Part shown: positions 1 through 9,294 of the stretch, piece after piece
Layout: each line of letters starts with the position of its first letter
Numbering within the stretch: the stretch's first letter is position 1
NCBI GenBank assembly: GCA_902582695.1
Contig: CACHTH010000002.1
Span: 26,483-90,482, forward strand
Direction of reading: 5' to 3'
DNA length: 64,000 nt
Source of the DNA: an uncultured Candidatus Actinomarina sp.
GTDB taxonomy: Bacteria; Actinomycetota; Acidimicrobiia; Actinomarinales; Actinomarinaceae
Translations under genes and position numbers: made by a program
Notes under the pieces: model-generated
Database searches by the model: none
What the model saw: only the letters and a program-made list of their open reading frames with translations
Told to the model about the DNA's origin: nothing

Positions 1-655
1 GCCCAGTGTATTGTCTTGAGTGTTTCCAAGAGTTAATAACAACATTTAAAGAATTCAAGATGCTAATTTTTATATTTTCTTTAGATGTAATTTTCTCTTC
101 AATAAATAAAAAGGCGGGTAGTGAAAATATTAAAAACAAAAAAGCAACGGATTTAAATATTTCTATATAGCTGTAACCCATATTTTGTAATAAAGTAGCA
201 ACCCCAAAACCTATTAACGAACCTGTGTATCCAAAGGCTACTCCTAAACCAGATATTTTCCCCCTGTTTTCCTCATTACTAACAGAAACAAGCAATGCGT
301 CATAGACTACTGAACCTAAATTAAACCCAATTAATGAAAAAACGAATAATAGCACTGATACTTCAACTGAAAATGTGCCAAGTAAGAAAGTTGAAATAAT
401 ACAAATAAGAGTCATAAAAAGTAATATTTTCTTTTTACCTTGTGAACTATCTGATTTTCTACCAATCCATGGTCCTAAAATAGCAACTATAACCATTGCT
501 GTTGAAGTAGCTAATCCTAATTGTTGGTCTGTCCAGCCTTTTTCACTTACTAACCATACTGAAAAGTACAAACCAGGAATAATGAATGCATAAACTGTAT
601 TTGCTAAATCGAAAAGAAGCCAAGAAAAAAGACTTTTTTTTGTAATATTATTCAT
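1..655 (-). CDS. MFS transporter, Atg22-like (UMF1) family; only the N-terminal part lies in the window and the gene runs off the window start
   Basis: Minus-strand ATG at 655..653, found by hand-translating the reverse complement. The N-terminus MNNITKKSLFSWLLFDLANTVYAFIIPGLYF is followed by multiple hydrophobic helices. It resembles the N-terminus of the second transporter at 2736-4067 (FGWSMYDWAKSAY motif). It overlaps the aminotransferase stop (650..648) by 8 nt. Confidence 0.55.
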   Translation of the reverse strand, partial: MNNITKKSLFSWLLFDLANTVYAFIIPGLYFSVWLVSEKGWTDQQLGLATSTAMVIVAILGPWIGRKSDSSQGKKKILLFMTLICIISTFLLGTFSVEVSVLLFVFSLIGFNLGSVVYDALLVSVSNEENRGKISGLGVAFGYTGSLIGFGVATLLQNMGYSYIEIFKSVAFLFLIFSLPAFLFIEEKITSKENIKISILNSLNVVINSWKHSRQYTG

Positions 656-1835
656 TCAAATTATCTATAGCTTCACTTAGTCGACTCAATCCATTATCAA
701 GATCTTCATCGCTTAAAGCATATGATAATCTCATAAATCCTGGAGTTCCAAAAACTTCACCAGGAACAAACGCTATAAAATAATTCTCTAAGAGCCAATC
801 ACAAAGTTCTTTAGAAGTACTCAACCCATTTTTTTTGGAACAATAGTGACTAACATCAACAAATAGATAAAAAGCACCAGTGCTGTCTACAACATTAAGA
901 TTTGGAATACTGTTAATTTTCTCTGTTGCAAAAAGCCTCCTTCTGTTAAAGGCTATTTTCATTTCGTTAGTTACCCCTAACCCATTAAGTAGTGCAGCTT
1001 CTGCAGCTAATTGAGACACATTAGAAACATTTGAGGTAGCCTGTGATTGTATTTTTTTTCCAAGCCCTATTACACTTTTGTTTCCAATTAACCAACCTAC
1101 TCTCCATCCTGTCATTGAGTATGATTTCGAAACGCCGTTTACAATAATTGTATTCTTTAATTCGGGATCATATATAGCTGGTGAGGGAGATGTTTCCCCT
1201 TCATACACTAGATGTTCATATAGTTCGTCAGACAAAATCCATAAGTCGTTTTTGAATACCCATTCATAAATTTCTTCAGCTTCTTCTTTTGTATAAACTA
1301 CTCCAGTAGGGTTTGATGGGGAACACCAAACCAACATTTTTGTATTCTTAGATTTAGTTTTTTCCAATTGTTCAACTGTAACTTTAAAATTATTGCTCTT
1401 TTCAGTTTCAATAAAAACAGGAGTTCCTCCTGCAATTTTTACTGCTTCTGGATAAGTTGTCCAATAAGGCGCGGGTATGATAACTTCATCTCCAGGATCT
1501 AATGTAGATAAAAATGCAGTTAGTATTGATTGCTTTCCACCATTAGAAACAATCACATTATCTGAATTTATTTCAAATCCTGAGTAATCTTTGGTAGTTT
1601 TTGCAATTATTTGTCTTAGTGATTCAAGACCTGCTGCAGGAGAATACTTGTGATTTTTAGGATCAGCTGCTGCTTTTATAGCTGCATCTACTACATAATC
1701 TGGGGAAGGAAAGTCTGGCTCTCCAGCGCCAAACCCAATAACTGGTTTACCTTGTGACTTTAATTCTCTAGATTTGTTTGAGATAGCCATTGTTCCAGAA
1801 GGCTTAATTTTTTGATCTAATTTTGAAATATCCAT
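648..1835 (-). CDS. Class I/II pyridoxal-phosphate aminotransferase, aspartate/aromatic aminotransferase-like
   Basis: 395 aa. Carries the SKSYSMTGWRVGW lysine-containing motif typical of AspAT-family enzymes, plus an NGG.Q block. Confidence 0.8.
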   Translation of the reverse strand: MDISKLDQKIKPSGTMAISNKSRELKSQGKPVIGFGAGEPDFPSPDYVVDAAIKAAADPKNHKYSPAAGLESLRQIIAKTTKDYSGFEINSDNVIVSNGGKQSILTAFLSTLDPGDEVIIPAPYWTTYPEAVKIAGGTPVFIETEKSNNFKVTVEQLEKTKSKNTKMLVWCSPSNPTGVVYTKEEAEEIYEWVFKNDLWILSDELYEHLVYEGETSPSPAIYDPELKNTIIVNGVSKSYSMTGWRVGWLIGNKSVIGLGKKIQSQATSNVSNVSQLAAEAALLNGLGVTNEMKIAFNRRRLFATEKINSIPNLNVVDSTGAFYLFVDVSHYCSKKNGLSTSKELCDWLLENYFIAFVPGEVFGTPGFMRLSYALSDEDLDNGLSRLSEAIDNLNE

Positions 1836-1903
1836 ATTTTGCTTATTGCTATTTTAATAAAGTTATCTAGTAAGTATATTTCATAATTATTAAACTGTTA
1901 AAA

Positions 1904-2743
1904 ATGGAACAAATATTATTTGGTGCTCCGGTTGCAGAGCAACTTGATGAAATCAGTAAAAATGTCTTTCAAGAACACAGCAAAGACAATAAGAAACCTC
2001 ACCTGACTGCAATTACAGTTGGAGATAATCCAGCTTCTTTGCTGTACGTTACACGTAAACAAGAAAAAGCAGTACACCTTGGAGTAGAATTCAATTGGTT
2101 AAAACTAGATACTAATACTTCTCAAGAAACTTTAGAAGATGTTATAACTAAAGAGTCAAAAGTTACTGATGGCTTGATAATTCAGCTTCCACTCCCAAGT
2201 CATCTAAATCCCGAAGAAGCAATTAACTGCATTCCAAATGAGATTGATGTAGACGGATTAACATCTTACAATCTTGGAAGTTTGTTTTCCGATACATACA
2301 AGTTAATACCAGCAACTTCACTTGCAGTATTGGAATTATTAAATTTTTACAATATTCAAACTGAAGACAAGAACATAGTTATTGCTGGAAGGTCAAAGCT
2401 TGTATCAGCGCCATTAGCTAAAATTTTGTCATCAAAAAGTTACAATGCAAATGTTTCAATCATTCACAGTAAGACTACAAATCAAAAATTGTTTACAAAA
2501 GAAGCAGATATTTTTATCTCTGCAATAGGTTCTGCAAAAATGTACGACTGTACTTACTTCAAAAACGGAGCAACAATAATTGACATCGGAATATCTTCAG
2601 TTGATGGTAAAACATATGGAGATATCGACACAATTGAAATAGGCGAGGTAATTAGTGCAAGAGCACCATTTCCGGGTGGGGTTGGACCAATTACAGTATC
2701 TGCTTTATTTTTTAATCTTTCAAGATTAATTAAAACTAACTAG
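1904..2743 (+). CDS. folD: Bifunctional methylenetetrahydrofolate dehydrogenase/cyclohydrolase FolD
   Basis: 279 aa. The C-terminal PFPGGVGPITVSALF matches the hallmark PVPGGVGPMT block of FolD. A GRSKLVSAPLA Rossmann segment is present. Confidence 0.85.
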   Translation: MEQILFGAPVAEQLDEISKNVFQEHSKDNKKPHLTAITVGDNPASLLYVTRKQEKAVHLGVEFNWLKLDTNTSQETLEDVITKESKVTDGLIIQLPLPSHLNPEEAINCIPNEIDVDGLTSYNLGSLFSDTYKLIPATSLAVLELLNFYNIQTEDKNIVIAGRSKLVSAPLAKILSSKSYNANVSIIHSKTTNQKLFTKEADIFISAIGSAKMYDCTYFKNGATIIDIGISSVDGKTYGDIDTIEIGEVISARAPFPGGVGPITVSALFFNLSRLIKTN

Positions 2744-4067
2744 CAGCCCACTCCTCTTCGCTAATCCTTTTGTCCATATCTACTTTTCTAAGAAGCAATG
2801 CTCCAATTAAGAAAAAAGATGTAATGACTGGAAGCGAAAGCCTTGGGTTTCCAGTCGAGGCACTGACATATGCATAAATTAATGGGCCCCAGATAGCTGA
2901 AAATCTAGAGAGAACTGAAAAGAATCCCATAAATTCTCCCTCGGCACCCTTTGGCAACATAGCTGCATAAACACTTCTACTGACAGACTGAAGTCCACCC
3001 ATTCCCATAGCTGTAATAATTCCCATGATGATTACAGGGATTAGTTGCTTTTCTGGAACAATGTAACCAGCATTACCCACTAAGAAAAGTAAAAACATTG
3101 TGTAATATAACACATTCTTTTGGCCAATTTTAGTAGCAAGATTTCCAGCTAGTTTTGCACCAAAATAGGCAACAAACTGAACAACTAAGAATACGATAAG
3201 TACTTGGGTCTGGTCTAAGAGCAAAACCTCTGTAAAGAATGCTGCTGACATATTAATTAATGTTTGTAAGCCATCCCAGAAAAATATGTAGGCAACCAAA
3301 AAATAAAGTAAAAAAGGAAATTTTCTAATTTTTTTCAAAGTCTTAAAATTCCTACTATATGCTTCTGATATAGAACCTTTTCCAGAACCTGATCTTGTCT
3401 CGACTATGTTCATTCTTGAAAAACTAAATACTGAAAATACAAGCCACCAAAGACCAGCTAGTGAAATTGCTATCCTTGAAGCTAAAGCGGCATCTATCCC
3501 TAGTAGGTCTGGACCAAGGAGTATTATTGCGAATGATAAAATTAGCTGGGTTCCACCACCAAGATAACCAAGCGCATAACCTCTTGCAGAAACTGCATCA
3601 ATAGTATCATCAGTTGTTATATCTTTCAGAACACTGTCGTAAAAAACATTCGAACCTGTAGCGCCAAATTGAGCTAAAAAGTAAATCACTAATGTCAATA
3701 TGACATCACCTGATGTTGCAAAGTAAAATGAAGATGCAAAAACAGCACCTCCATAAGCAAATATCTTAAATAATTTCATTCTGCTACCAGACATATCAGC
3801 AATTGCACCAATTGTTGGCATTATGAGAAAAAATATGAATAATGCAGAGCCAATTGCAAAGCCCCAGACTTCTGCTCCGGTATATACATTACCTCTGAAG
3901 ACAAAGCCTTCTTCTGGTACAACAACACTTACAAAGTAAACAGGTAAAACAGCCCCAAGAGTAGTAGTTTCATATGCTGATTTGGCCCAATCATACATTG
4001 ACCAGCCAAAAATGGTTCTTTTGTTATTTTTTTCGTTCATATCCCCCCTATATAAAACTTTAATCAA
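2736..4067 (-). CDS. MFS transporter, Atg22-like (UMF1) family
   Basis: 443 aa with about 12 predicted TM helices. The N-terminal RTIFGWSMYDWAKSAYETT motif is characteristic of Atg22-like MFS. The true start is probably the internal Met of MNEKNNKRTIF (about 4040). It is convergent with folD and overlaps it by 8 nt. Confidence 0.7.
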   Translation of the reverse strand: MIKVLYRGDMNEKNNKRTIFGWSMYDWAKSAYETTTLGAVLPVYFVSVVVPEEGFVFRGNVYTGAEVWGFAIGSALFIFFLIMPTIGAIADMSGSRMKLFKIFAYGGAVFASSFYFATSGDVILTLVIYFLAQFGATGSNVFYDSVLKDITTDDTIDAVSARGYALGYLGGGTQLILSFAIILLGPDLLGIDAALASRIAISLAGLWWLVFSVFSFSRMNIVETRSGSGKGSISEAYSRNFKTLKKIRKFPFLLYFLVAYIFFWDGLQTLINMSAAFFTEVLLLDQTQVLIVFLVVQFVAYFGAKLAGNLATKIGQKNVLYYTMFLLFLVGNAGYIVPEKQLIPVIIMGIITAMGMGGLQSVSRSVYAAMLPKGAEGEFMGFFSVLSRFSAIWGPLIYAYVSASTGNPRLSLPVITSFFLIGALLLRKVDMDKRISEEEWAAS

Positions 4068-4204
4068 ATAAATTGAATGATGAGGAATAGAAACTTAAAT
4101 TTAATAAATTTACACACTATATTTAATATGTCTTTAATTTATTGAAAGTATTTATTTGTATTTTGCTTTTAAACAGAGGTATTTAGAAAAAAGGATAATG
4201 ACAT

Positions 4205-5296
4205 ATGGGGTTTAAATGCGGTATAGTAGGTCTGCCGAATGTAGGAAAATCGACACTATTTAATGCTTTAACACAGGCTGGTATTGAGTCTGCAAATTAC
4301 CCTTTCTGTACAATTGAACCAAATATTGGCGTTGTACCTGTAAATGACATTCGGTTAGCTCAATTAGCCAAAATTGTAAATCCAAAAGAAATTATTCCTA
4401 CTTCAATGGAATTCGTAGACATTGCTGGTCTTGTTGAAGGAGCTTCCAAGGGTGAAGGCTTAGGTAATCAGTTTTTAACTAATATTCGAGAAACTGATGC
4501 AATCGTTCATGTTGTTCGAGCTTTTCAAAACGAAGATATCGTTCATGTCTCAGGAAACGTATCTCCAAAAGACGATATAGAGATTATTAATACAGAGTTA
4601 GTTCTTGCAGATTTAAGCACAGTTGAAAATCTGTATCAGAAAGCTGTAAAAGGCTCGAAAGCAGGTCAAAAAGAAGGTCTACCATTAAAAAATTTACTTG
4701 AAAAGATCCTACCCGTTCTTGAGGAAGGTAAGTCACTAAGAACAGTTTCGTTTAACGAAGAAGAACAAAAATTATTAAAAGGTTTTCAACTTCTAACAAT
4801 TAAACCTGTTTTGTATGTTGCGAATGTTAATGAAGATGGATTTGAAAGTAATCCATTTTTAAATCAAATATATGATTTAGCTAATGAAGAAGGTTCAGAA
4901 GTTGTTGCAATATGCGCTGAGCTTGAAGCTGAAATTTCCGGATTAACAAACGATGAAAAAATTGAATTCCTCAAAGAACTTGGTCTTGAAGAATCTGGCC
5001 TTGATAGGCTGACCAGGGCTGGATACAAATTATTAGGTTTACAGACTTATTTTACTGCTGGAGAAAAAGAGGTACGTGCTTGGACAATAAATGTTGGAGA
5101 TAGTGCACCAAAAGCGGCTGGTAAAATACACACCGATTTTGAGAGAGGATTTATCAGAGCAGAAACAGTAACCTTTGATGACTATATTCAAAATAACGGA
5201 GAAAAAGGGTCAAAAGAAGCAGGCAAGCTTAGGTCTGAAGGTAAAGAATATATTGTTAAAGATGGTGACGTCATCAACTTTTTATTCAGTGTTTAG
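4205..5296 (+). CDS. ychF: Ribosome-binding ATPase YchF (Obg-family GTPase)
   Basis: 363 aa. G1 motif [18 protein letters not shown], a TGS-like C-terminal domain, and an AAGGAT ribosome-binding site upstream of the ATG at 4205. Confidence 0.9.
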   Translation: MGFKCGIVGLPNVGKSTLFNALTQAGIESANYPFCTIEPNIGVVPVNDIRLAQLAKIVNPKEIIPTSMEFVDIAGLVEGASKGEGLGNQFLTNIRETDAIVHVVRAFQNEDIVHVSGNVSPKDDIEIINTELVLADLSTVENLYQKAVKGSKAGQKEGLPLKNLLEKILPVLEEGKSLRTVSFNEEEQKLLKGFQLLTIKPVLYVANVNEDGFESNPFLNQIYDLANEEGSEVVAICAELEAEISGLTNDEKIEFLKELGLEESGLDRLTRAGYKLLGLQTYFTAGEKEVRAWTINVGDSAPKAAGKIHTDFERGFIRAETVTFDDYIQNNGEKGSKEAGKLRSEGKEYIVKDGDVINFLFSV

Positions 5297-5387
5297 ACAT
5301 AAAAACACATATTTAATAGTTATTTATATAAAAAAGCTTTACAAAGAAGTTCTTTAACTAAAATGAAAATATAGGATAATAAAACTC

Positions 5388-6791
5388 TTGAAAGTAATAA
5401 TTGTAGGCGCACACGGTGAAGCTAAAGAGCTAATAAATAGAATTAGTTCTGGATGGTCAATATCTGTTATTGATTTAGATCAAGATAAATTAAGAAATTT
5501 TAGTACAAATAGGCAAATAGAAAAAATACAGGGAGATGCAACTTCATCTCTAGTTTTAAAAAAAGCAGGATTAGAAAGTACTACTGCCGTTATAACGCTT
5601 ACATTAAATGATGAAGTAAATTTAGAAGTATTAAAAATTGCAAAACAAAATGATATTTTTAGATTATCTTCAGTTGTCAACGAAGCTTCAAATGCTGATA
5701 GTTACAAAAATCTTGGAGCAGAAGTAGTAGAGCCCGATATTCTTCTTGCTAGAAGGTTTGAACATATATTAGAACCAAGGAGAGTTGTTTCACAAGCTTT
5801 TGCTGGTGGAAGAGCTGAAGCGATAGAAATAGAAATTAGTTCTGACAGCCCAGTGAGAGGTAAGAAGTTAAAAGAAATTGGATCTGATTATTACATTGTT
5901 GGAGCTTTACTAAGAAAAGGAAAAGTAATCATTCCACATGGTGACACTGAAATCGAAACAGGTGATCTTGTAACTATCGTTTTGCAATCAGGTGCATTTT
6001 CGAATGTAATAAATTTATTTTCAGGATCAGAATCAAGATATCCTTTAGAGTATGGAAAAAATATTCTCGTAGTTCTGGAAAATAAAGACAATTTAAAAAA
6101 TTTATCTGAATCTGAATTTTACACTAGAAATACAAAAGCAACCTCTTTAATAGTTTTAACCAAAGAAGATTTGTTTGATAATAATCTTGAGTCAACTGAT
6201 GAAACCTTTAAAGCTATTTTGAAAGATCAAGAGTTTGAAATGACTTTAAAAAATAAAATTTCTAATAAAGATATCGAAAACATGGTAAATAATGGTTCTA
6301 TTGGAACTATTTTTTACCCTCTCGAAGAAGGAATATCAAAAGCAAAAATTAAATCATTAATAAACATATCTAATAAAACTAAGACCCCTGTTCTTTTTTC
6401 AAAATCAACATACCCTTACAAAACGATTGGAATACTTGTCAATAATGATTTCGGTGAAAACACTTCAAATTCTATAGCATTTGATTTAGCTTCTTCTTTA
6501 TCTGCTTCTTTGATAGCGGTCAACATATCACAACCAAAATTTTTGCAATCTGATGACGCTGCACAGCTCACCGATTCCTTAGAAAAAATGCAGGACTTAG
6601 CTTTGTCTTATGAAGTTCAGTTAGATTTTGAAAATCATGAGGGTAATGAAGCTAAAATCTTTACTGATTTATCTTCTAAGTTTGATCTTTCAATTATTGG
6701 AAATGGGACTAACCAGTCATGGCAAAGTAGGAAAACAACAGAATTCATATCTAATAATTCAAAATCTTCTGTTTTATACATACCAAGTTAA
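5388..6791 (+). CDS. TrkA-N/TrkA-C (RCK) domain regulatory protein with about 250-aa C-terminal extension
   Basis: TTG start. The N-terminal Rossmann segment VIIVGAHGEAKELINRI fits TrkA-N. A TrkA-C-like segment (GKKLKEIGSDYYIVGALLRKGKVIIPHGDTEIETGDLVTIV) follows. The C-terminal half has no recognised motif and may be USP-like. Its stop is 4 nt before the antiporter gene. Confidence 0.6.
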   Translation: MKVIIVGAHGEAKELINRISSGWSISVIDLDQDKLRNFSTNRQIEKIQGDATSSLVLKKAGLESTTAVITLTLNDEVNLEVLKIAKQNDIFRLSSVVNEASNADSYKNLGAEVVEPDILLARRFEHILEPRRVVSQAFAGGRAEAIEIEISSDSPVRGKKLKEIGSDYYIVGALLRKGKVIIPHGDTEIETGDLVTIVLQSGAFSNVINLFSGSESRYPLEYGKNILVVLENKDNLKNLSESEFYTRNTKATSLIVLTKEDLFDNNLESTDETFKAILKDQEFEMTLKNKISNKDIENMVNNGSIGTIFYPLEEGISKAKIKSLINISNKTKTPVLFSKSTYPYKTIGILVNNDFGENTSNSIAFDLASSLSASLIAVNISQPKFLQSDDAAQLTDSLEKMQDLALSYEVQLDFENHEGNEAKIFTDLSSKFDLSIIGNGTNQSWQSRKTTEFISNNSKSSVLYIPS

Positions 6792-6794
6792 TTT

Positions 6795-7943
6795 ATGGAA
6801 GAGTTTGAAGCAGTATCCTTAGTCATTATTTCCTTAGGTGCATTTATCTTGCCACTTGTAGGTCAAAGAATTAAGGTACCTGGAATTGTACTCGAGATAG
6901 CTTATGGAATTACAGTTGGACCAGTTTTAGGATGGGTTGATTCGTCAGAATTCATTTCTGGGCTTGCAATACTTGGCTTTTTACTATTGATGTTTTTGTC
7001 AGGGTTTGAAATTGAGTTAGACACTTTCCGCGAAAAAGGTTTAAGAACTCTAGCACTACCAATGTCAATCTATCTCTTGACTGTTATAACTTCTTTTTAT
7101 TTGATTTCTACTTTGGGATACCCAATTTTTCTTGCTTTAGTTTTGTGCACAACAAGTGTTGATATAGTGATAACTATTTTAAGAAGTGATGGAACAATAA
7201 AAACAAAATATGGGCAGACTTTGTTTATGGTCGCTTTACTTGCAGATATTTTGACTTTATTAGCAGCTACTGTGTATGCATCTTTTATAAATGCTGGAGG
7301 ATTGTCTATTTCAAACCTTAATGTTGTGCTTTATTTTGTAGTAGTAATCATGTTATTAAGAATTATTAGAAGAGTTGCTTGGTGGAATCCTCAACTATTT
7401 TCTAGAATGTTTGACGGAAACGATCCGGATGAGTTGGGAATAAGAAGTTCTATAGCCCTAATGCTGGTGCTTGTTGGAGTTTCAGTATTTTTTGATATAG
7501 AGCCAATACTTGGTGCATTCTTAGCTGGAACAATTTTTGCTTTCACATTTTCGAATAGGGGAACTTTAGAAAGCAGCTTAAAAGGATTTTCTTATGGGTT
7601 TTTAATACCTATCTTTTTTATAAACATTGGATTAAATTATGACATTAGTGTTTTTTCTGAAACACAATTTTTTGTTGAAGTTGGGTATCTATTCTTGATT
7701 GCGGTTGGAGTTAAGTTCATCCCTTCTCTTCTACTTGTTTTCTCAAAGATAAAATTTAGAGATATGCTTGCAGGAGGTTTTCTACTTTCTGCGAGATTTA
7801 GCCTTATTATTGCAATGGCAGAAATAGGAGTTCATCTAGATTTAATCTCAAAAGAATTAGAGCAACAAATAATTCTTTTAGCTGTAATTACAGCAACTTT
7901 CTCGCCAATTTTATTTAGATTAGTAAGAACCCAAACAAAATAA
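6795..7943 (+). CDS. Cation:proton antiporter (Na+/H+ exchanger family, CPA)
   Basis: 382 aa polytopic membrane protein. It starts MEEFEAVSLVIISLGAFILPLVGQRIKVPGIVLEIAYGITVGP, typical of sodium/hydrogen exchanger family N-termini. It is tightly linked to the upstream RCK-domain gene. Confidence 0.7.
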   Translation: MEEFEAVSLVIISLGAFILPLVGQRIKVPGIVLEIAYGITVGPVLGWVDSSEFISGLAILGFLLLMFLSGFEIELDTFREKGLRTLALPMSIYLLTVITSFYLISTLGYPIFLALVLCTTSVDIVITILRSDGTIKTKYGQTLFMVALLADILTLLAATVYASFINAGGLSISNLNVVLYFVVVIMLLRIIRRVAWWNPQLFSRMFDGNDPDELGIRSSIALMLVLVGVSVFFDIEPILGAFLAGTIFAFTFSNRGTLESSLKGFSYGFLIPIFFINIGLNYDISVFSETQFFVEVGYLFLIAVGVKFIPSLLLVFSKIKFRDMLAGGFLLSARFSLIIAMAEIGVHLDLISKELEQQIILLAVITATFSPILFRLVRTQTK

Positions 7944-7946
7944 TTT

Positions 7947-8849
7947 ATGAAGATTAAACCCGATTTGTATTTAAAAGGTGTCTTTATGGGTATCGCTGAA
8001 ATTATACCTGGAGTATCTGGTGGAACAATAGCCTTCATAACGGGTATTTATGAAGAGTTAATAGATTCAATAAAATCTATTAATACAAATACATTGAAGT
8101 TACTCTTAACGTTCAAATTTTCATCATTTTGGAGAGAAATAAATGGAACTTTTTTAATTACATTAATTTTTGGAATGTTGACATCAATTTTGGTTTTATC
8201 AAGATTTATTGTTTATTTACTAGATGATCATCCTTTTAAAATTTGGGGATTCTTTTTTGGTTTAATAATTGCTTCTGGGTTATTAATTTTTTATCAAATA
8301 CAAAGAGTAAGAAGTACTGTTTTGCTTTCATTTTTAATAGGACTTATGATTTCATCATTTATTGCTCTCCAGGCCCCATCTAATACTCCGAACACAAATT
8401 TTTATATATTCATGTCTGGTGCAATTGCAATTTCCGCGTTTATCCTTCCAGGTATAAGTGGTTCGTTTATCCTTGTCTTTTTATCAAAATACGAGTTTAT
8501 TTTGAAAGCTTTGAATAGTTTTGATACTGCAGTTATATCTATATTTTTAGCTGGATGCATAGTTGGTTTAGTTACATTTAGCAGAGTTTTCTCGTACCTT
8601 TTTAAAAAATATAATGATTTTGTAATCAGTGTACTTATAGGATTTCTTGGTGGTTCATTATTTAAAATTTGGCCTTTTTATGAAGTTTTAGAGTACAACT
8701 CAGCTAATGAGCCTATTTATACATCTCCAATTTTACCGACAGCCAGCCAAAGTAATGACTTGGTATTCTTTTTTACATTTGGAGTAATTGGATTCCTCGG
8801 CATGTGGGTTATAGAAAAGAAATTTATAGGTTTAAATAAAGAAATTTAG
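7947..8849 (+). CDS. DUF368 family membrane protein (PopT-type putative polyprenyl-phosphate transporter)
   Basis: 300 aa, 8-9 TM segments. The IIPGVSGGTIAFITGIYEEL and ILPGISGSFILVFL repeats are the signature GxSRSG-like duplicated motifs of DUF368. Confidence 0.7.
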   Translation: MKIKPDLYLKGVFMGIAEIIPGVSGGTIAFITGIYEELIDSIKSINTNTLKLLLTFKFSSFWREINGTFLITLIFGMLTSILVLSRFIVYLLDDHPFKIWGFFFGLIIASGLLIFYQIQRVRSTVLLSFLIGLMISSFIALQAPSNTPNTNFYIFMSGAIAISAFILPGISGSFILVFLSKYEFILKALNSFDTAVISIFLAGCIVGLVTFSRVFSYLFKKYNDFVISVLIGFLGGSLFKIWPFYEVLEYNSANEPIYTSPILPTASQSNDLVFFFTFGVIGFLGMWVIEKKFIGLNKEI

Positions 8850-8866
8850 ACTATTAAAATAAACAT

Positions 8867-9004
8867 ATGAGATTAGGATTACCAGAGCTTTTAATAATTT
8901 TAACGATATTGCTTCTACTGTTTGGAGCAAAAAGGCTTCCAGGCTTAGCTAAATCATTAGGAAAATCTACAAAAGAATTCAAATCTGCACTTGAAGAAGA
9001 ATAA
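8867..9004 (+). CDS. tatA: Twin-arginine translocase subunit TatA/E (45 aa). The ORF track missed it because of its size cutoff.
   Basis: Hand translation gives MRLGLPELLIILTILLLLFGAKRLPGLAKSLGKSTKEFKSALEEE. This is a textbook TatA N-terminal TM helix plus the FG.KKLP hinge and amphipathic helix. The stop is 2 nt before the cytochrome c gene. Confidence 0.75.
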   Translation: MRLGLPELLIILTILLLLFGAKRLPGLAKSLGKSTKEFKSALEEE

Positions 9005-9006
9005 AA

Positions 9007-9294
9007 ATGAAAAAAGTCTCCTTCCTTTTTCTTTTTTTATTTATTGCATGCGGAGCTCAAGAAACCACTGAACTCACTACTGGTGAGGAAATTTATACTG
9101 CAAGGTGTGCAGCGTGTCACCAAGCTGATTTTTCAGGTAGAGCTGGCCCAAGTTTAAAAATGGATGATGTCTTAGCTATGCCTGATTCATATTGGCTACA
9201 AACTATTTTGAATGGAAAAGGATCTATGCCTGCCGTAAGGATTACAGAAGAACAAGCACAGCTAGTTGTTGATTATGTTAAGGATAGTAATTAA
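9007..9294 (+). CDS. Class I c-type cytochrome, predicted lipoprotein
   Basis: 95 aa. Signal peptide with lipobox FIACG. A single CAACH heme-binding motif, and a downstream Met in GSMPAV as a plausible axial ligand. Confidence 0.75.
   Translation: MKKVSFLFLFLFIACGAQETTELTTGEEIYTARCAACHQADFSGRAGPSLKMDDVLAMPDSYWLQTILNGKGSMPAVRITEEQAQLVVDYVKDSN

Noticed and set aside
5175-5357. 60-aa plus-strand ORF overlapping the 3' end of ychF
   Set aside because: It is an alternative frame within ychF running into AT-rich spacer. It has Lys/Ile-rich low complexity and no independent support.
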